A DNA stretch of 63,522 nt, the filler included, from Octopus bimaculoides (lineage: Eukaryota): the NCBI RefSeq assembly GCF_001194135.2. It is 5 parts of 5 records of this genome, joined end to end, with 100 filler letters (N's around TTAATTAATTAA, not from the genome) between each part and the next. Parts side by side here need not be neighbours in the genome. Positions count along the whole stretch, not along the records: positions 25,831 to 48,234 come from NC_069003.1; positions 48,335 to 62,343 come from NC_068995.1; 3 more parts are not named here. One strand, written 5' to 3'. The position numbers and the translations under genes are program-made. Position 1 is the first letter of the stretch, and every line of letters starts with the position of its first letter. Below are positions 37,727 to 49,395 of this stretch, piece after piece. The notes under the pieces are model-generated. The model saw nothing but the letters and a program-made list of their open reading frames with translations. It was not told where the DNA came from and did no database searches.

Positions 37727-38368
37727 NNNNNNNNNNNNNNNNNNNNNNNNNNNNNNNNNNNNNNNNNNNNNNNNNNNNNNNNNNNNNNNNNNNNNNNNNN
37801 NNNNNNNNNNNNNNNNNNNNNNNNNNNNNNNNNNNNNNNNNNNNNNNNNNNNNNNNNNNNNNNNNNNNNNNNNNNNNNNNNNNNNNNNNNNNNNNNNNNN
37901 NNNNNNNNNNNNNNNNNNNNNNNNNNNNNNNNNNNNNNNNNNNNNNNNNNNNNNNNNNNNNNNNNNNNNNNNNNNNNNNNNNNNNNNNNNNNNNNNNNNN
38001 NNNNNNNNNNNNNNNNNNNNNNNNNNNNNNNNNNNNNNNNNNNNNNNNNNNNNNNNNNNNNNNNNNNNNNNNNNNNNNNNNNNNNNNNNNNNNNNNNNNN
38101 NNNNNNNNNNNNNNNNNNNNNNNNNNNNNNNNNNNNNNNNNNNNNNNNNNNNNNNNNNNNNNNNNNNNNNNNNNNNNNNNNNNNNNNNNNNNNNNNNNNN
38201 NNNNNNNNNNNNNNNNNNNNNNNNNNNNNNNNNNNNNNNNNNNNNNNNNNNNNNNNNNNNNNNNNNNNNNNNNNNNNNNNNNNNNNNNNNNNNNNNNNNN
38301 NNNNNNNNNNNNNNNNNNNNNNNNNNNNNNNNNNNNNNNNNNNNNNNNNNNNNNNNNNNNNNNNNNNN

Positions 38369-38398
<30 letters not shown>

Positions 38399-38401
<3 letters not shown>

Positions 38402-38586
38402 TAGTCTTATTTTCATCACGGGCTCTGTGTGCCTTGGATATGTGGTGTAGTTTGTTGTGGCGCTCTTATTTTCACTGTATTGAAAGTGTTTTGCATCGGA
38501 TGTGTGCGGTGCCTAGTAATGCTATTTTCTGTATGTTATATATACTTGTAAGTCTTAGTGTTTTTTGTTATGTCTTTCTCTGAAAG
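38399..38586 (-). mobile_element. R4/Dong LINE extreme 3' end
   Basis: LTSIYNIQKIALLGTAHIRCKTLSIQ* plus UTR ending aataagactactg-(aat)n. Confidence 0.8.
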
Positions 38587-38589
38587 ATG

Positions 38590-38943
38590 GGGTGGGGCCC
38601 AGTTAGAATTTTCTTCAGGTCGAGTAGCCCATCCCGCTCAAAAGGTCCCTGAATAAGGTCTGTTTAAGGATGTTGAGCAAAACACCCATGTTTCCAAAGG
38701 TGAATTATTCAAACCCCAAAGAATTCCTCTCAACACATGGCTATGATGCTTCCCCACAATTTCTGCTCGTGATCAGAGATGCGCATATCGTCAGCCACCA
38801 AGGGATATGCTCAACTGGTTAAGGTCAAGCAACAGATAAAAAAAAAACTGTGGTATTGATCAGAATAATTGCTGTAGCCATATTTTATACCAAGACAAAA
38901 CAAAGTGCACGATGACACTTCCAATCAGTTAAGATCAGAAGCG
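38590..38943 (-). mobile_element. Non-coding (TAA)n-family element, partial
   Basis: Collinear with 32260-32610. Confidence 0.85.
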
Positions 38944-38960
38944 ATGTTATTATTATTATT

Positions 38961-39486
38961 CCTAGTGTAGGTAAAAATGCATCGGAGTCTTTAGTCATCT
39001 CTCAAGTCACAACAAGGAACTCAGACAAATAATACTTTCCTTAAGATGTGCGATGTGCTCGATAGGGCTGCTTTTTGCAAGACAGCAATCTTGCATGGGA
39101 TTTCCAGTTGCCTTAAGACGTCTTGAAGTCTCAATGAGATTGAGCCCAACGCTTCAATCACTACTGGTATCACTTTTACATTACCTCCTCGCATTCCATA
39201 CAGTTTTGCCATTTTCACTTTCAATTTGGAGTACTTGGGGTGATTTTTTCAACCTCTTTACTCACAACATTCATGTCATTTAGTATGGCTACATCAATGA
39301 TCTGACAGTATTTGTCGCTCTTACTCAATAGGATAATATCCGGCCGATGGCGTTCGATTGCACGATCCGCCTGAAAATCATAGTCCCAGAGTATCCTTAC
39401 TTTTCCATATTCCAGCATAACCTTACTTGGTACATGCTCTCTGATACTTCATATTGGCATTTACGGCATAAGAGCCAATGAAGATG
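38961..39486 (-). mobile_element. R4/Dong LINE RLE + 3' UTR (same subfamily as 29134-30540)
   Basis: KVRILWDYDFQADRAIERHRPDIILL..QIIDVAILND..KEVEK; VIPVVIEALG...LQKAALSSTSHILRKVLFV*; tail gaataataataataa. Confidence 0.9.
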
Positions 39487-39489
39487 CAC

Positions 39490-40040
39490 CATTCCCCTGT
39501 TCCTCCTGTCTACTCTTTTCCCTGCTTTCAACTCCTACCTCTCTGTTTTCATCTCCGACCATCCTTTGTAGCCCATCCGCAGGGTCTCTCAGACTTTCAC
39601 TAATCCGAGATATTTTTATTCCAGTTAATGTAACCCTTCCTCCTAATTTCTCTCCCTTGGTTCATTAGTTTATTTTCTGACCTTGGACACACGTCCTTTT
39701 CCATCTAAAATTTCAAGGTACGTCGGCCTACTCCGCGACTTCTTTCCAGCCTTGCTCTTTAATGACATTCAATTAGTGTATCGTACTCTTCCTTCGTCTA
39801 CTTATGTCTAATTTTGCGCACACCATGTATGTGATATTTTGTGACATAACGACCATCTGAGGCCAGATCGCAGCCCTTCATACAACAGACGGTTTCGGAC
39901 GTGCCGGGCGGAACACCTTCACCATGATCGGCTATAGCTTCATTCTCACCGTTGATTCTTTCCTTGTGTTGCATCATGATTTCATGAGTCGTTCGTAGGG
40001 TCCCCACGAGAGTTGTTGTTGAGATCTCATCTCTCTCTTC
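39490..40040 (+). mobile_element. Possible degenerate Penelope-like GIY-YIG relic
   Basis: Across frames it gives AL.IQQT..RRF...AEHL, like the GIY-YIG signature YIGQT.RRL..RF.EH. Heavily decayed. Confidence 0.35.
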
Positions 40041-40196
40041 CTCTCTTTATTTCTACATACACGTGCACATGTATGTACATATACATATGTATAAATAACG
40101 TGCTTGCATTGTGTCGCTTCCAAAACCACAGTGATTATCATTACCACCATCGTTCTACCCATAGTATTTAAAATTATCAATAATAAAATGGGTCTC

Positions 40197-40470
40197 GGTA
40201 TATTGCAGCAGATGTTCGTCACTATTTATCAAATATTCGGCAAGCGTACTCCTTTCACTCCTTACACAATGGTCTATACTAATCAGTCCTCTGTCACCAT
40301 TCTTTCTCTTCATATACAGCCTGTTTACGTTTGCAGTTAACACTTAATACTTTCTTTTGCGTTCCCTACATGAATGTAATCTAGGGATCATCCTCAACTA
40401 GTTTTTAGTTCCTTTACTGGTCATTTCAAGTGCTCCCACAGTCAATGGTTTTGTAACAGGTTTTAGAGTA
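40197..40470 (-). mobile_element. Chimeric Dong fragments: RLE tail (40336-40470) fused to a post-RT segment (40197-40335)
   Basis: VTKPLTVGALEMTSKGTKN*LRMIP... runs into NVNRLYMKRKNGDRGLISIDHCVRSERSTLAEYLINSDEHLLQY, which is homologous to ~29780-29895. Confidence 0.7.
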
Positions 40471-40817
40471 GGAGAAAGAGAAGCAGTTTGGTGAAATAGA
40501 TCAAATTCTACAGGTTTGTAAGTACATTCAGTAGATGGTAAGGAGATCAGTAATGAGCATTCCTGTGCGATAAGGGAACAAAAGAGGCGTCACACCCTTG
40601 GGGTCAGCAGAGGTCAAATGCGTTTACTACTAGTAGCGATCAATGAGAGCGCTGACCTCGATCTTGAAAAGAACCAGTTCACCTTGTTCTATTTTTATGC
40701 TCACATATCATTTGTATTATTATATTATCGAACGCTACGCGTCCATTTGCAAGTAAGTTTTAATTTTATATTTCTGATGCGCACTCTATCTTTCTGTCTA
40801 TCTATCTAACTATCTAT

Positions 40818-40889
<72 letters not shown>

Positions 40890-40892
<3 letters not shown>

Positions 40893-41500
40893 CTTGCCTA
40901 TCTCCTCCTCTCGTTCTTCTTCCTTCTGTTGTACTTGCTTCTCCCCTTCACTGCTATATCTCTCTCTCTTACTCTTCCTCCCTATCTCTCGTCGCTCACC
41001 TATGTTCATCTTCCTCCCTTTTCCTCTCTCTACCACTCCTCGTTGCTCACACGTGACTTGTGGTCAGTTCTTCCTTTCTCCATTCGGCCAGCATAAAGGC
41101 AACACGAACTACTATCTCTCTCTGCTCAAGTTCGTCACATCACAGCGTTCAGTATCTCATCTCGTTCGGCCTGACGACCCTCAACATTTGTTTTACCTGT
41201 GTTGGCTTCTGTTTGCCAGTTGGGAATCCTCCGCATAGCAGGTTTCACTTAATTTGCTTCGTGGGAAGAGCTATTCTAAGGGCACGTTCTGCCTCATCTT
41301 CGAAACACCTAGTTTAGAATAGAGTTAGATGATGAAGGAAAAGTTCCATATGTGGCTTGTTTGTTTTCCTATGTGTTGATTCTATTTTCCGTATAAAAAT
41401 TTCGTTTTTTGTGCTTTGTTTATGTTCCCGTTCCTTTTTTGTCCACGTTCTTTTGTACGTCCTGTACCCGGATATGCATCTATGTATATACCTGTAGATG
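40890..41500 (+). mobile_element. Penelope-associated terminal-repeat-like sequence
   Basis: cctcgttgctcacacgtgac motif is shared with ~45090 and ~49207, and similar to ~1775. A hammerhead-like relic lies at ~41270-41350. Confidence 0.4.
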
Positions 41501-42307
41501 TAGGTATGAACATATATGTATATATGCATATGCTCACATATCATTTGTATTATATATATATATATATATNNNNNNNNNNNNNNNNNNNNNNNNNNNNNNN
41601 NNNNNNNNNNNNNNNNNNNNNNNNNNNNNNNNNNNNNNNNNNNNNNNNNNNNNNNNNNNNNNNNNNNNNNNNNNNNNNNNNNNNNNNNNNNNNNNNNNNN
41701 NNNNNNNNNNNNNNNNNNNNNNNNNNNNNNNNNNNNNNNNNNNNNNNNNNNNNNNNNNNNNNNNNNNNNNNNNNNNNNNNNNNNNNNNNNNNNNNNNNNN
41801 NNNNNNNNNNNNNNNNNNNNNNNNNNNNNNNNNNNNNNNNNNNNNNNNNNNNNNNNNNNNNNNNNNNNNNNNNNNNNNNNNNNNNNNNNNNNNNNNNNNN
41901 NNNNNNNNNNNNNNNNNNNNNNNNNNNNNNNNNNNNNNNNNNNNNNNNNNNNNNNNNNNNNNNNNNNNNNNNNNNNNNNNNNNNNNNNNNNNNNNNNNNN
42001 NNNNNNNNNNNNNNNNNNNNNNNNNNNNNNNNNNNNNNNNNNNNNNNNNNNNNNNNNNNNNNNNNNNNNNNNNNNNNNNNNNNNNNNNNNNNNNNNNNNN
42101 NNNNNNNNNNNNNNNNNNNNNNNNNNNNNNNNNNNNNNNNNNNNNNNNNNNNNNNNNNNNNNNNNNNNNNNNNNNNNNNNNNNNNNNNNNNNNNNNNNNN
42201 NNNNNNNNNNNNNNNNNNNNNNNNNNNNNNNNNNNNNNNNNNNNNNNNNNNNNNNATAGATAGATAGATAGATAGATGCTCACATCGTTGAAATTTTGAA
42301 TTTCTGA

Positions 42308-42390
<83 letters not shown>

Positions 42391-42676
42391 GTTGTTGTTG
42401 TTGTTGTTCTAATCTTTAGTGAGTTGGCAGAATCCTTACCACGCCAGCAGCATTTCTTATGACTCTATGCGACTTCGATTTTCATCACTTCAGATGATGA
42501 TGCTGTTTTTTGTTGTTATTACTTATGTTGCTGTATATCCATAATCACATCTACTCCATATATCGTTGCTTTCATAATGTATTTAAAGTGTCGATTGAGG
42601 CTACTTCTCGCATGCGGAGGAAGCGATCGCGAACAAACCACGCACGCACATACACACACACACACGCGAGCATACT

Positions 42677-42708
<32 letters not shown>

Positions 42709-42717
42709 TATGTACAT

Positions 42718-42753
<36 letters not shown>

Positions 42754-42921
42754 TATATATATAAAAATTGGACAAATAAGTATGATTCGATTAGTGTGTT
42801 TAAATGTTCAGTAGAGCACCGGCTCAGCTTAGGCTACCTGTTGTCATCCACAGTCGTGGTACACTTCTGTTGGATATACTTCAGGAAGACTGCAGTGGCA
42901 GTTAGAGTAATAATATCAATG

Positions 42922-43055
42922 AACAGGAAATGGATTTGGTATTAAATCTTTATTGGATAAAACCTATGTTCGACCCATCAATCTGAGACCCAGAATGATG
43001 GATCGAAACATATGTTGTACCCAATAAATATTTTGTACCGAATCCGTATCCTGTT
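42922..43055. repeat. Imperfect 134-bp fold-back (59/60-nt arms)
   Basis: Arms 42922-42980 and 42996-43055 are reverse complements with scattered mismatches, around a 15-nt spacer. Confidence 0.75.
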
Positions 43056-43069
43056 ATTTAATATCATGT

Positions 43070-43111
<42 letters not shown>

Positions 43112-43350
43112 NNNNNNNNNNNNNNNNNNNNNNNNNNNNNNNNNNNNNNNNNNNNNNNNNNNNNNNNNNNNNNNNNNNNNNNNNNNNNNNNNNNNNNNNN
43201 NNNNNNNNNNNTTCTCTCTCGCTCTCTCAAACGCATACATGCACACGTACACACAAGCATTCACTAAAAGATAACTCATGTTCGTCAATGTTTTCTAAAT
43301 ATACAAACTACGGAGCTTATGGACAACACATTGCAAATCAGTGAACTTCA

Positions 43351-43586
43351 TTTCAAATGTGGGTAATTTTTCAGATTAACACCCGCATGATTTTCACTAG
43401 GGTGTTGGGGTTACGGTTTTGGGGTCAGGGTTAGGGTTTTAGGGTTACGGTTAGGGCTAGAGTTACGATGAGGGTTAGTGTTATGGTTACGGTTTTAGAG
43501 TCAGGGTTAGGGTTAGGGTTAGGGTCTAAGGATTACGGTTACGTAATCGTGCGGGTGTTAATCTGAAAAATTACCAAAATGTGAAA
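43351..43586. mobile_element. MITE-like element: inverted termini enclosing degenerate (TTAGGG)n
   Basis: 43362-43392 and 43545-43575 form a 31-bp inverted repeat with 1 mismatch. The interior is ggttagggtt/ggttacggtt/ggtcagggtt variants. Confidence 0.8.
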
Positions 43587-44639
43587 ACTACCGACCCTAC
43601 CGACTGTTATAACTTTTGTTGTTCTCTTTAATATGTACATAGATTATGCCTTCAAACAAGACAACTTGCTGGGGAAAGAAAGCAACCGGTTTAAAAAGAC
43701 AGCAACAGACTGCATCAATTCAATACATTCCAGAAGCTACTTTGAACATAATGCAAAATGGTGCATCAACATCTACTGCCCAATCTGATACAATTCTGGC
43801 AGAACTGTGTAGCAACAGATCACCAGCAATTACTTCATCAGAAATTGCTATCCTACCTCCTACGAAAAGGAATTACCCTGCTATGTATAATCAAGGCAGC
43901 GGAAAATGTTGTTTTGCACAATCATTTCTATAGCCAATTAGACGGATGCAATTTACATACGCCTAATAATGTTACGCAAAACAGCCTTCAGACGTTCCCT
44001 ATNNNNNNNNNNNNNNNNNNNNNNNNNNNNNNNNNNNNNNNNNNNNNNNNNNNNNNNNNNNNNNNNNNNNNNNNNNNNNNNNNNNNNNNNNNNNNNNNNN
44101 NNNNNNNNNNNNNNNNNNNNNNNNNNNNNNNNNNNNNNNNNNNNNNNNNNNNNNNNNNNNNNNNNNNNNNNNNNNNNNNNNNNNNNNNNNNNNNNNNNNN
44201 NNNNNNNNNNNNNNNNNNNNNNNNNNNNNNNNNNNNNNNNNNNNNNNNNNNNNNNNNNNNNNNNNNNNNNNNNNNNNNNNNNNNNNNNNNNNNNNNNNNN
44301 NNNNNNNNNNNNNNNNNNNNNNNNNNNNNNNNNNNNNNNNNNNNNNNNNNNNNNNNNNNNNNNNNNNNNNNNNNNNNNNNNNNNNNNNNNNNNNNNNNNN
44401 NNNNNNNNNNNNNNNNNNNNNNNNNNNNNNNNNNNNNNNNNNNNNNNNNNNNNNNNNNNNNNNNNNNNNNNNNNNNNNNNNNNNNNNNNNNNNNNNNNNN
44501 NNNNNNNNNNNNNNNNNNNNNNNNNNNNNNNNNNNNNNNNNNNNNNNNNNNNNNNNNNNNNNNNNNNNNNNNNNNNNNNNNNNNNNNNNNNNNNNNNNNN
44601 NNNNNNNNNNNNNNNNNNNNNNNNNNNNNNNNNNNNNNA

Positions 44640-44973
44640 GGACAAGTAAACAACTAAAACCCGATCTTAATAAATTAAATGAAATTATTTACTCTGTTGC
44701 TAAGGTAATCGAAAGACGCTGTTTAACACCCAAAAAGCCAACAATACCAAATTCGAACAGAAAATCAAACTGGAGGAGTGGAATTGAAACTGAGATTGAA
44801 TCGTTGCGAAGGGAGCTATCAATAATAACTGAGCTAATCTCTGGAAATGATATAAGATCAAGAAAAGGCAGGAAGATCATGAGAAAATATGGACTCTCAA
44901 CAAGAGAAGAACTAATGTCAGCGAATGAAACACTTAAACAAAAAGTTCAAGCAAAGCTCAAAGAATACGCAGA
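44640..44973 (+). mobile_element. R4/Dong LINE pre-RT fragment
   Basis: Open frame LNKLNEIIYSVAKVI...NWRSGIETEIESLRRELSIITEL...KIMRKYG...ETLKQKVQAK, equivalent to the pre-RT segment at ~36290-36500. Confidence 0.75.
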
Positions 44974-45250
44974 AATGTTTTCTTTGCAAAGAGAAAAGAC
45001 AGAAGGGAGAGAAAAAAACGTCCAGTCCTTTGAACGTTCGTGCAGGAAAAAAAGTTGATGACGTGAGGAAATGAAAGACGGACGATGGTCACGTGTGAGC
45101 AACGAGTGAGGCTCTTTTCTCTTTTCAAAGAAAATATTATTCCCAGCGTTCACTATTTTCCTCTCGTTTTGGTCTAACGATCTTCCATGTTTATTTTCGT
45201 TCGGTTTCTTGTATGTCTCCACTGTTCTGTTTTTGTTTTTGACTCTCCAT
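44974..45250. mobile_element. Penelope-associated repeat with an inverted 5' segment
   Basis: Homologous to 49205-49395, but the first ~110 bp are inverted and flanked by a 26-bp inverted duplication (44974-44999 / 45113-45138). Confidence 0.65.
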
Positions 45251-46062
45251 AAATCCTAATTTGTATTTCAGAATTTATGGGAGCAACTGTCTTTGAAGAC
45301 TCATATTGTCGCTGAATGCTCGAAATGAGTAGATATACGATAGACAGCCGACAAGTGATGAAGTGTCGTTTCTCTGTGTTTACTTGCCCTGTTTTCCATT
45401 TTTCTCTCGTTGTTTATGTATTTAACTCGTTTGTCTACGTATTTCATGTTGTTTAAACAGTTGATGACGTCCTGTACCCATATATNNNNNNNNNNNNNNN
45501 NNNNNNNNNNNNNNNNNNNNNNNNNNNNNNNNNNNNNNNNNNNNNNNNNNNNNNNNNNNNNNNNNNNNNNNNNNNNNNNNNNNNNNNNNNNNNNNNNNNN
45601 NNNNNNNNNNNNNNNNNNNNNNNNNNNNNNNNNNNNNNNNNNNNNNNNNNNNNNNNNNNNNNNNNNNNNNNNNNNNNNNNNNNNNNNNNNNNNNNNNNNN
45701 NNNNNNNNNNNNNNNNNNNNNNNNNNNNNNNNNNNNNNNNNNNNNNNNNNNNNNNNNNNNNNNNNNNNNNNNNNNNNNNNNNNNNNNNNNNNNNNNNNNN
45801 NNNNNNNNNNNNNNNNNNNNNNNNNNNNNNNNNNNNNNNNNNNNNNNNNNNNNNNNNNNNNNNNNNNNNNNNNNNNNNNNNNNNNNNNNNNNNNNNNNNN
45901 NNNNNNNNNNNNNNNNNNNNNNNNNNNNNNNNNNNNNNNNNNNNNNNNNNNNNNNNNNNNNNNNNNNNNNNNNNNNNNNNNNNNNNNNNNNNNNNNNNNN
46001 NNNNNNNNNNNNNNNNNNNNNNNNNNNNNNNNNNNNNNNNNNNNNNNNNNNNNNNNNNNNNN

Positions 46063-47190
46063 TTGGGATATTACCCTTATCTTATATAATGATTCATATA
46101 TCCCATACCATAAACCCTCAACTAATTAAAAATATATTAGCTCTTTCAGTAATCATTCAAAGGCTATTACAAGGAATTTAGTTAGAAATATTTCACTTAG
46201 ACCTTCTAGATTACCTGGTCGAATTTTATAACTCTGCCTTACTTAAAGCAAGTTATAAAGAAAAAATTACCAGGGGTAACCCCAGTGACATTAGTTCTTA
46301 CTCTATTAATCAGGAAATGAAAACACGTCATAACGTTAATAACAATATAAATTTTAGTTCGAATAACAACACTAAATCGAAAAATGTAATTTTGCGGCGT
46401 AAGAAAGTAGCCGTTCTTATTATCCCTTTATACGTAATAAAAATAAATCTAGGACTTTAAATATAATTACCCTAATAATAAGGTGTGTTCTAGTAAAACT
46501 GTTTGGTTGATAATTCCTTATGGTAAGCAGATCAAATTTAACCTCCCTTACCAGCTTCTCGAAGCTTTAGATAAGAATTTCCCCAAAAATTCAAAATACC
46601 ATTCCATTATCAATTCACACCGAATCAGAATAGGGTTTTCAAACACCAAAAACCTTTCACAAATCATCTCTTCGCATAACAATAAGTTGTTAAATACAAA
46701 CCTACTTAATGAAAATAATAACAGTGATATTATTGACGCTAACCATTCTTTGAACAATAATAATAACAATATTAAATATTTCTGATACAATTTCGAATCG
46801 TATTCGTTTCCTTAGCAGTAATTGTAAGACTAGACACTATGTTTATCAATTAAAACTTCTTCCGGTATTGATGTCTTTTTGTACATGGGTAGTTCATCAG
46901 TTGTCGAAAAGAATATCTAACCATTACTATACATTTAGATATATCAATAAACGCAACAATACTGGGCTTAGTAAATTAATCTGGTCCCTAAAGAAACATA
47001 ATAAGCAATTTGATTTGGAATGGAATATTCTATATGATAAAGGTAAATCTTTTTGTCCGCTCTGCAGCGAAGCACAATTTCTCATTCTACTCTCGGAGAA
47101 CGCGTTTATTGTTGCAAACATTGGCAAAAACATATCATTAGTTCCTATAAGTAATTTCTACCAATCTATAAAATTCAACCGTTAACTGTC
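46063..47190 (+). mobile_element. Penelope-like element: RT thumb, linker and GIY-YIG endonuclease pseudogene
   Basis: WDITLILYNDSYIPYHKP..YISSFSNH; VWLIIPY...LLEALDKNFPKNSKYHSIINSHRIRIGFSNTKNLSQIISSHN; CNCK; RISNHYYTFRY...TGLSKLIWSLK...LEWNIL..CPLC. Confidence 0.85.
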
Positions 47191-47356
47191 GAATTTCCAC
47201 TATATATATTTATTTCCACCCCTATAAGCTTTATTCCCATTCATCTATAACATTATTTCTTCACTTTTAATTTTCTGTTAATTTCTTTCTTTCCCCTCTT
47301 TCTCTTTCTCTAAATTAACTTTGACGTTTAATCTATATAATTTTTTTTTAAATAAC

Positions 47357-48000
47357 TTGCCAGCGTTCCCTCATGTCGGGCTGATAGTTCATCCGGTATT
47401 GTGGAGAGGAGGAGGGCTAGTTCCTTTTTGAAGACATCTACTTCCACCTCCAGCAGATTTCTTAATTTTTGTGGCAAGGCATTGAAAAACTTTGAACCCT
47501 AGATTATTGTAGTATCTGGTCTTGAATTTAGATGGAGTGGATGGTACGTTTGGTACAATACAATGTCGGTCGGTTCTGGCATTTGTATAACACTGAATGC
47601 CAAAGTTAGGTACTAGCCCTTCTAGGATTTTCCATATGTATTGAATTGAATATCTCTCACGCCTTCACTCCATAGGGTAAAATTGCAAATTTCTCAGCCT
47701 ATCCCTGTAGCTCATCCGCTACAATATTTCAATCTTTTTAGTCTAGTGGCGTTGGACTGTTTCAAGCTCCATTGTTAGTTTGGCACTATGTGTTGACCAT
47801 AACTGGGAGCAGTAATCTAGGCGGCTGAGAACAAAAGTTTCCCACAAGGTCAACATAGTTTCTTGGTCTCTTGTCTTGAAGGACCTCAGTATTCATCCTG
47901 CCAGTTGTCTGCATTTTGATGCCATCTTGCTAATGTGCATATAAAATGATGCGTCATTGCACATACTGATCCCCAAGACTTTCACTATAGAGCCTCTGAC
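47357..48000 (-). mobile_element. CR1-type LINE 3' fragment
   Basis: ILRSFKTRDQETMLTLWETFVLSRLDYCSQLWS...RRERYSIQYIWKILEGLVPNFG; contains stops. Confidence 0.88.
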
Positions 48001-48078
48001 TCTATAGATAGATAGATACATACATACATACATACATACATACAAACATACATACATACACAGATATATGTAAATAGA

Positions 48079-48115
<37 letters not shown>

Positions 48116-48234
48116 GTAAATATATACATATATATATACGTAAATATACAGGTTGGCATATGGGTGGCTTATAGGCGCAGTGTGATAAGTAGCTAGCTTC
48201 GCAACTACATGTTTCCAAGCCACCGCGTTCAGTT

Positions 48235-48334
48235 NNNNNNNNNNNNNNNNNNNNNNNNNNNNNNNNNNNNNNNNNNNNTTAATTAATTAANNNNNNNNNN
48301 NNNNNNNNNNNNNNNNNNNNNNNNNNNNNNNNNN
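48235..48334. other. Artificial scaffold-join spacer N44-TTAATTAATTAA-N44
   Basis: 12-mer at 48279-48290 with 44 N on each side. Confidence 0.9.
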
Positions 48335-48383
<49 letters not shown>

Positions 48384-48599
48384 TATATACATATGTAGTT
48401 TGTTTCGAATTTGTGTGAATGTGTATAGAATAATATATCAGTTGAATAAAGTTAAAACAGTCTGGCATTCACGTTTTCTTTTATTACGGTATTTTACCGC
48501 TTTCATACATAGTGTACTCAACAGATTTCAAACGTGTTTAAGTTCTTGACAACTTCAGTACCTCTCAGAACCAGCTGAATTTTAAAAATACCTTTTTGA

Positions 48600-49010
48600 T
48601 CAATCCGCATGCTCTTAAACATCATGGTTTGCTAGGCGCACCGATATTCTGTAACTTGTTTATATTTATTTTATCTACATCATTAACTGGTTGTTATTTT
48701 ATTGCTGTCATTTCCGTTCAGAACAAGTTTGAACATTTTATTAAACGGTTTTTCTTGTATCTTTTTTCGAAGCTCACTTGTGTCATGTAGATTATGGAAA
48801 GGAAAAACAAGAAACATTTCTGTTTGTGTTCGCTCAATGGAATTTGGAGAACATTAGTGTTCCGGATTTGTTGTCTGTGGACTTGTGAGAGTTCCGATAA
48901 TGCATTACGTGTCTCGCCTATATATAATTCCCCGAAAATCGGGCATTTAATGCAGTAGATCAAATTTCTGCTTTTGCAGCATATATGTACATTTGCGAAA
49001 ATCTGTCAAT
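48600..49010 (-). mobile_element. Penelope-like GIY-YIG endonuclease fragment
   Basis: CKSRNLIYCIKCPIFGELYIGETRNALSELSQVHRQQIRNTNVLQIPLSEH carries the NLIY.I.C..C...YIGET motif. Confidence 0.85.
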
Positions 49011-49204
49011 ATTTTGTTCTAAAGGATCTACCCATAATCATGAATTGACACATTCCACGTCTGTTATCATTACACTTGGATACTGTGACTCTACTCCATA
49101 TTGTTTTCTCCCGCCATTCTTTTCCAATTCCATTTTTCCCACACTCCACCTTCACTGTTTTCTATCCGTCTCTCTCTCCTCCTCTTTCTCTGTTTCTCTC
49201 TCTC

Positions 49205-49395
49205 TCCTGGCTCACACGTGACCATCGTCCATCTTTTTCCCTGTACGGACGTTCAAAAGACTGGACGTTTTTTCTCTCTCTTCTATTTTTTTCTCTTTTC
49301 AAAGAAAATATTTCTCCCAGCGTTCACTATTTTCCTCTTGTTCTGGTATAAATCCCTCCATGTTTGTTTTCGTTCGGTTTCCTTGTATGTCTCAA
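49205..49395 (+). mobile_element. Penelope-associated repeat (non-inverted copy)
   Basis: gctcacacgtgaccatcgtcc...ggacgttcaaaagactggacg...cagcgttcactattttcctc, homologous to 44974-45250. Confidence 0.65.

Noticed and set aside
40468-40510. Exon-like EKEKQFGEIDQILQ|gtttgt
   Set aside because: Poor acceptor, and it abuts an antisense Dong RLE tail; probably chance.
43646-44001. ORFs MPSNKTTCW... and MVHQHLLP... as a host exon
   Set aside because: No donor before the gap. Scattered RT-like words (W..I.PI, KGITLLC) lie in different frames, so it is at best a decayed LINE.
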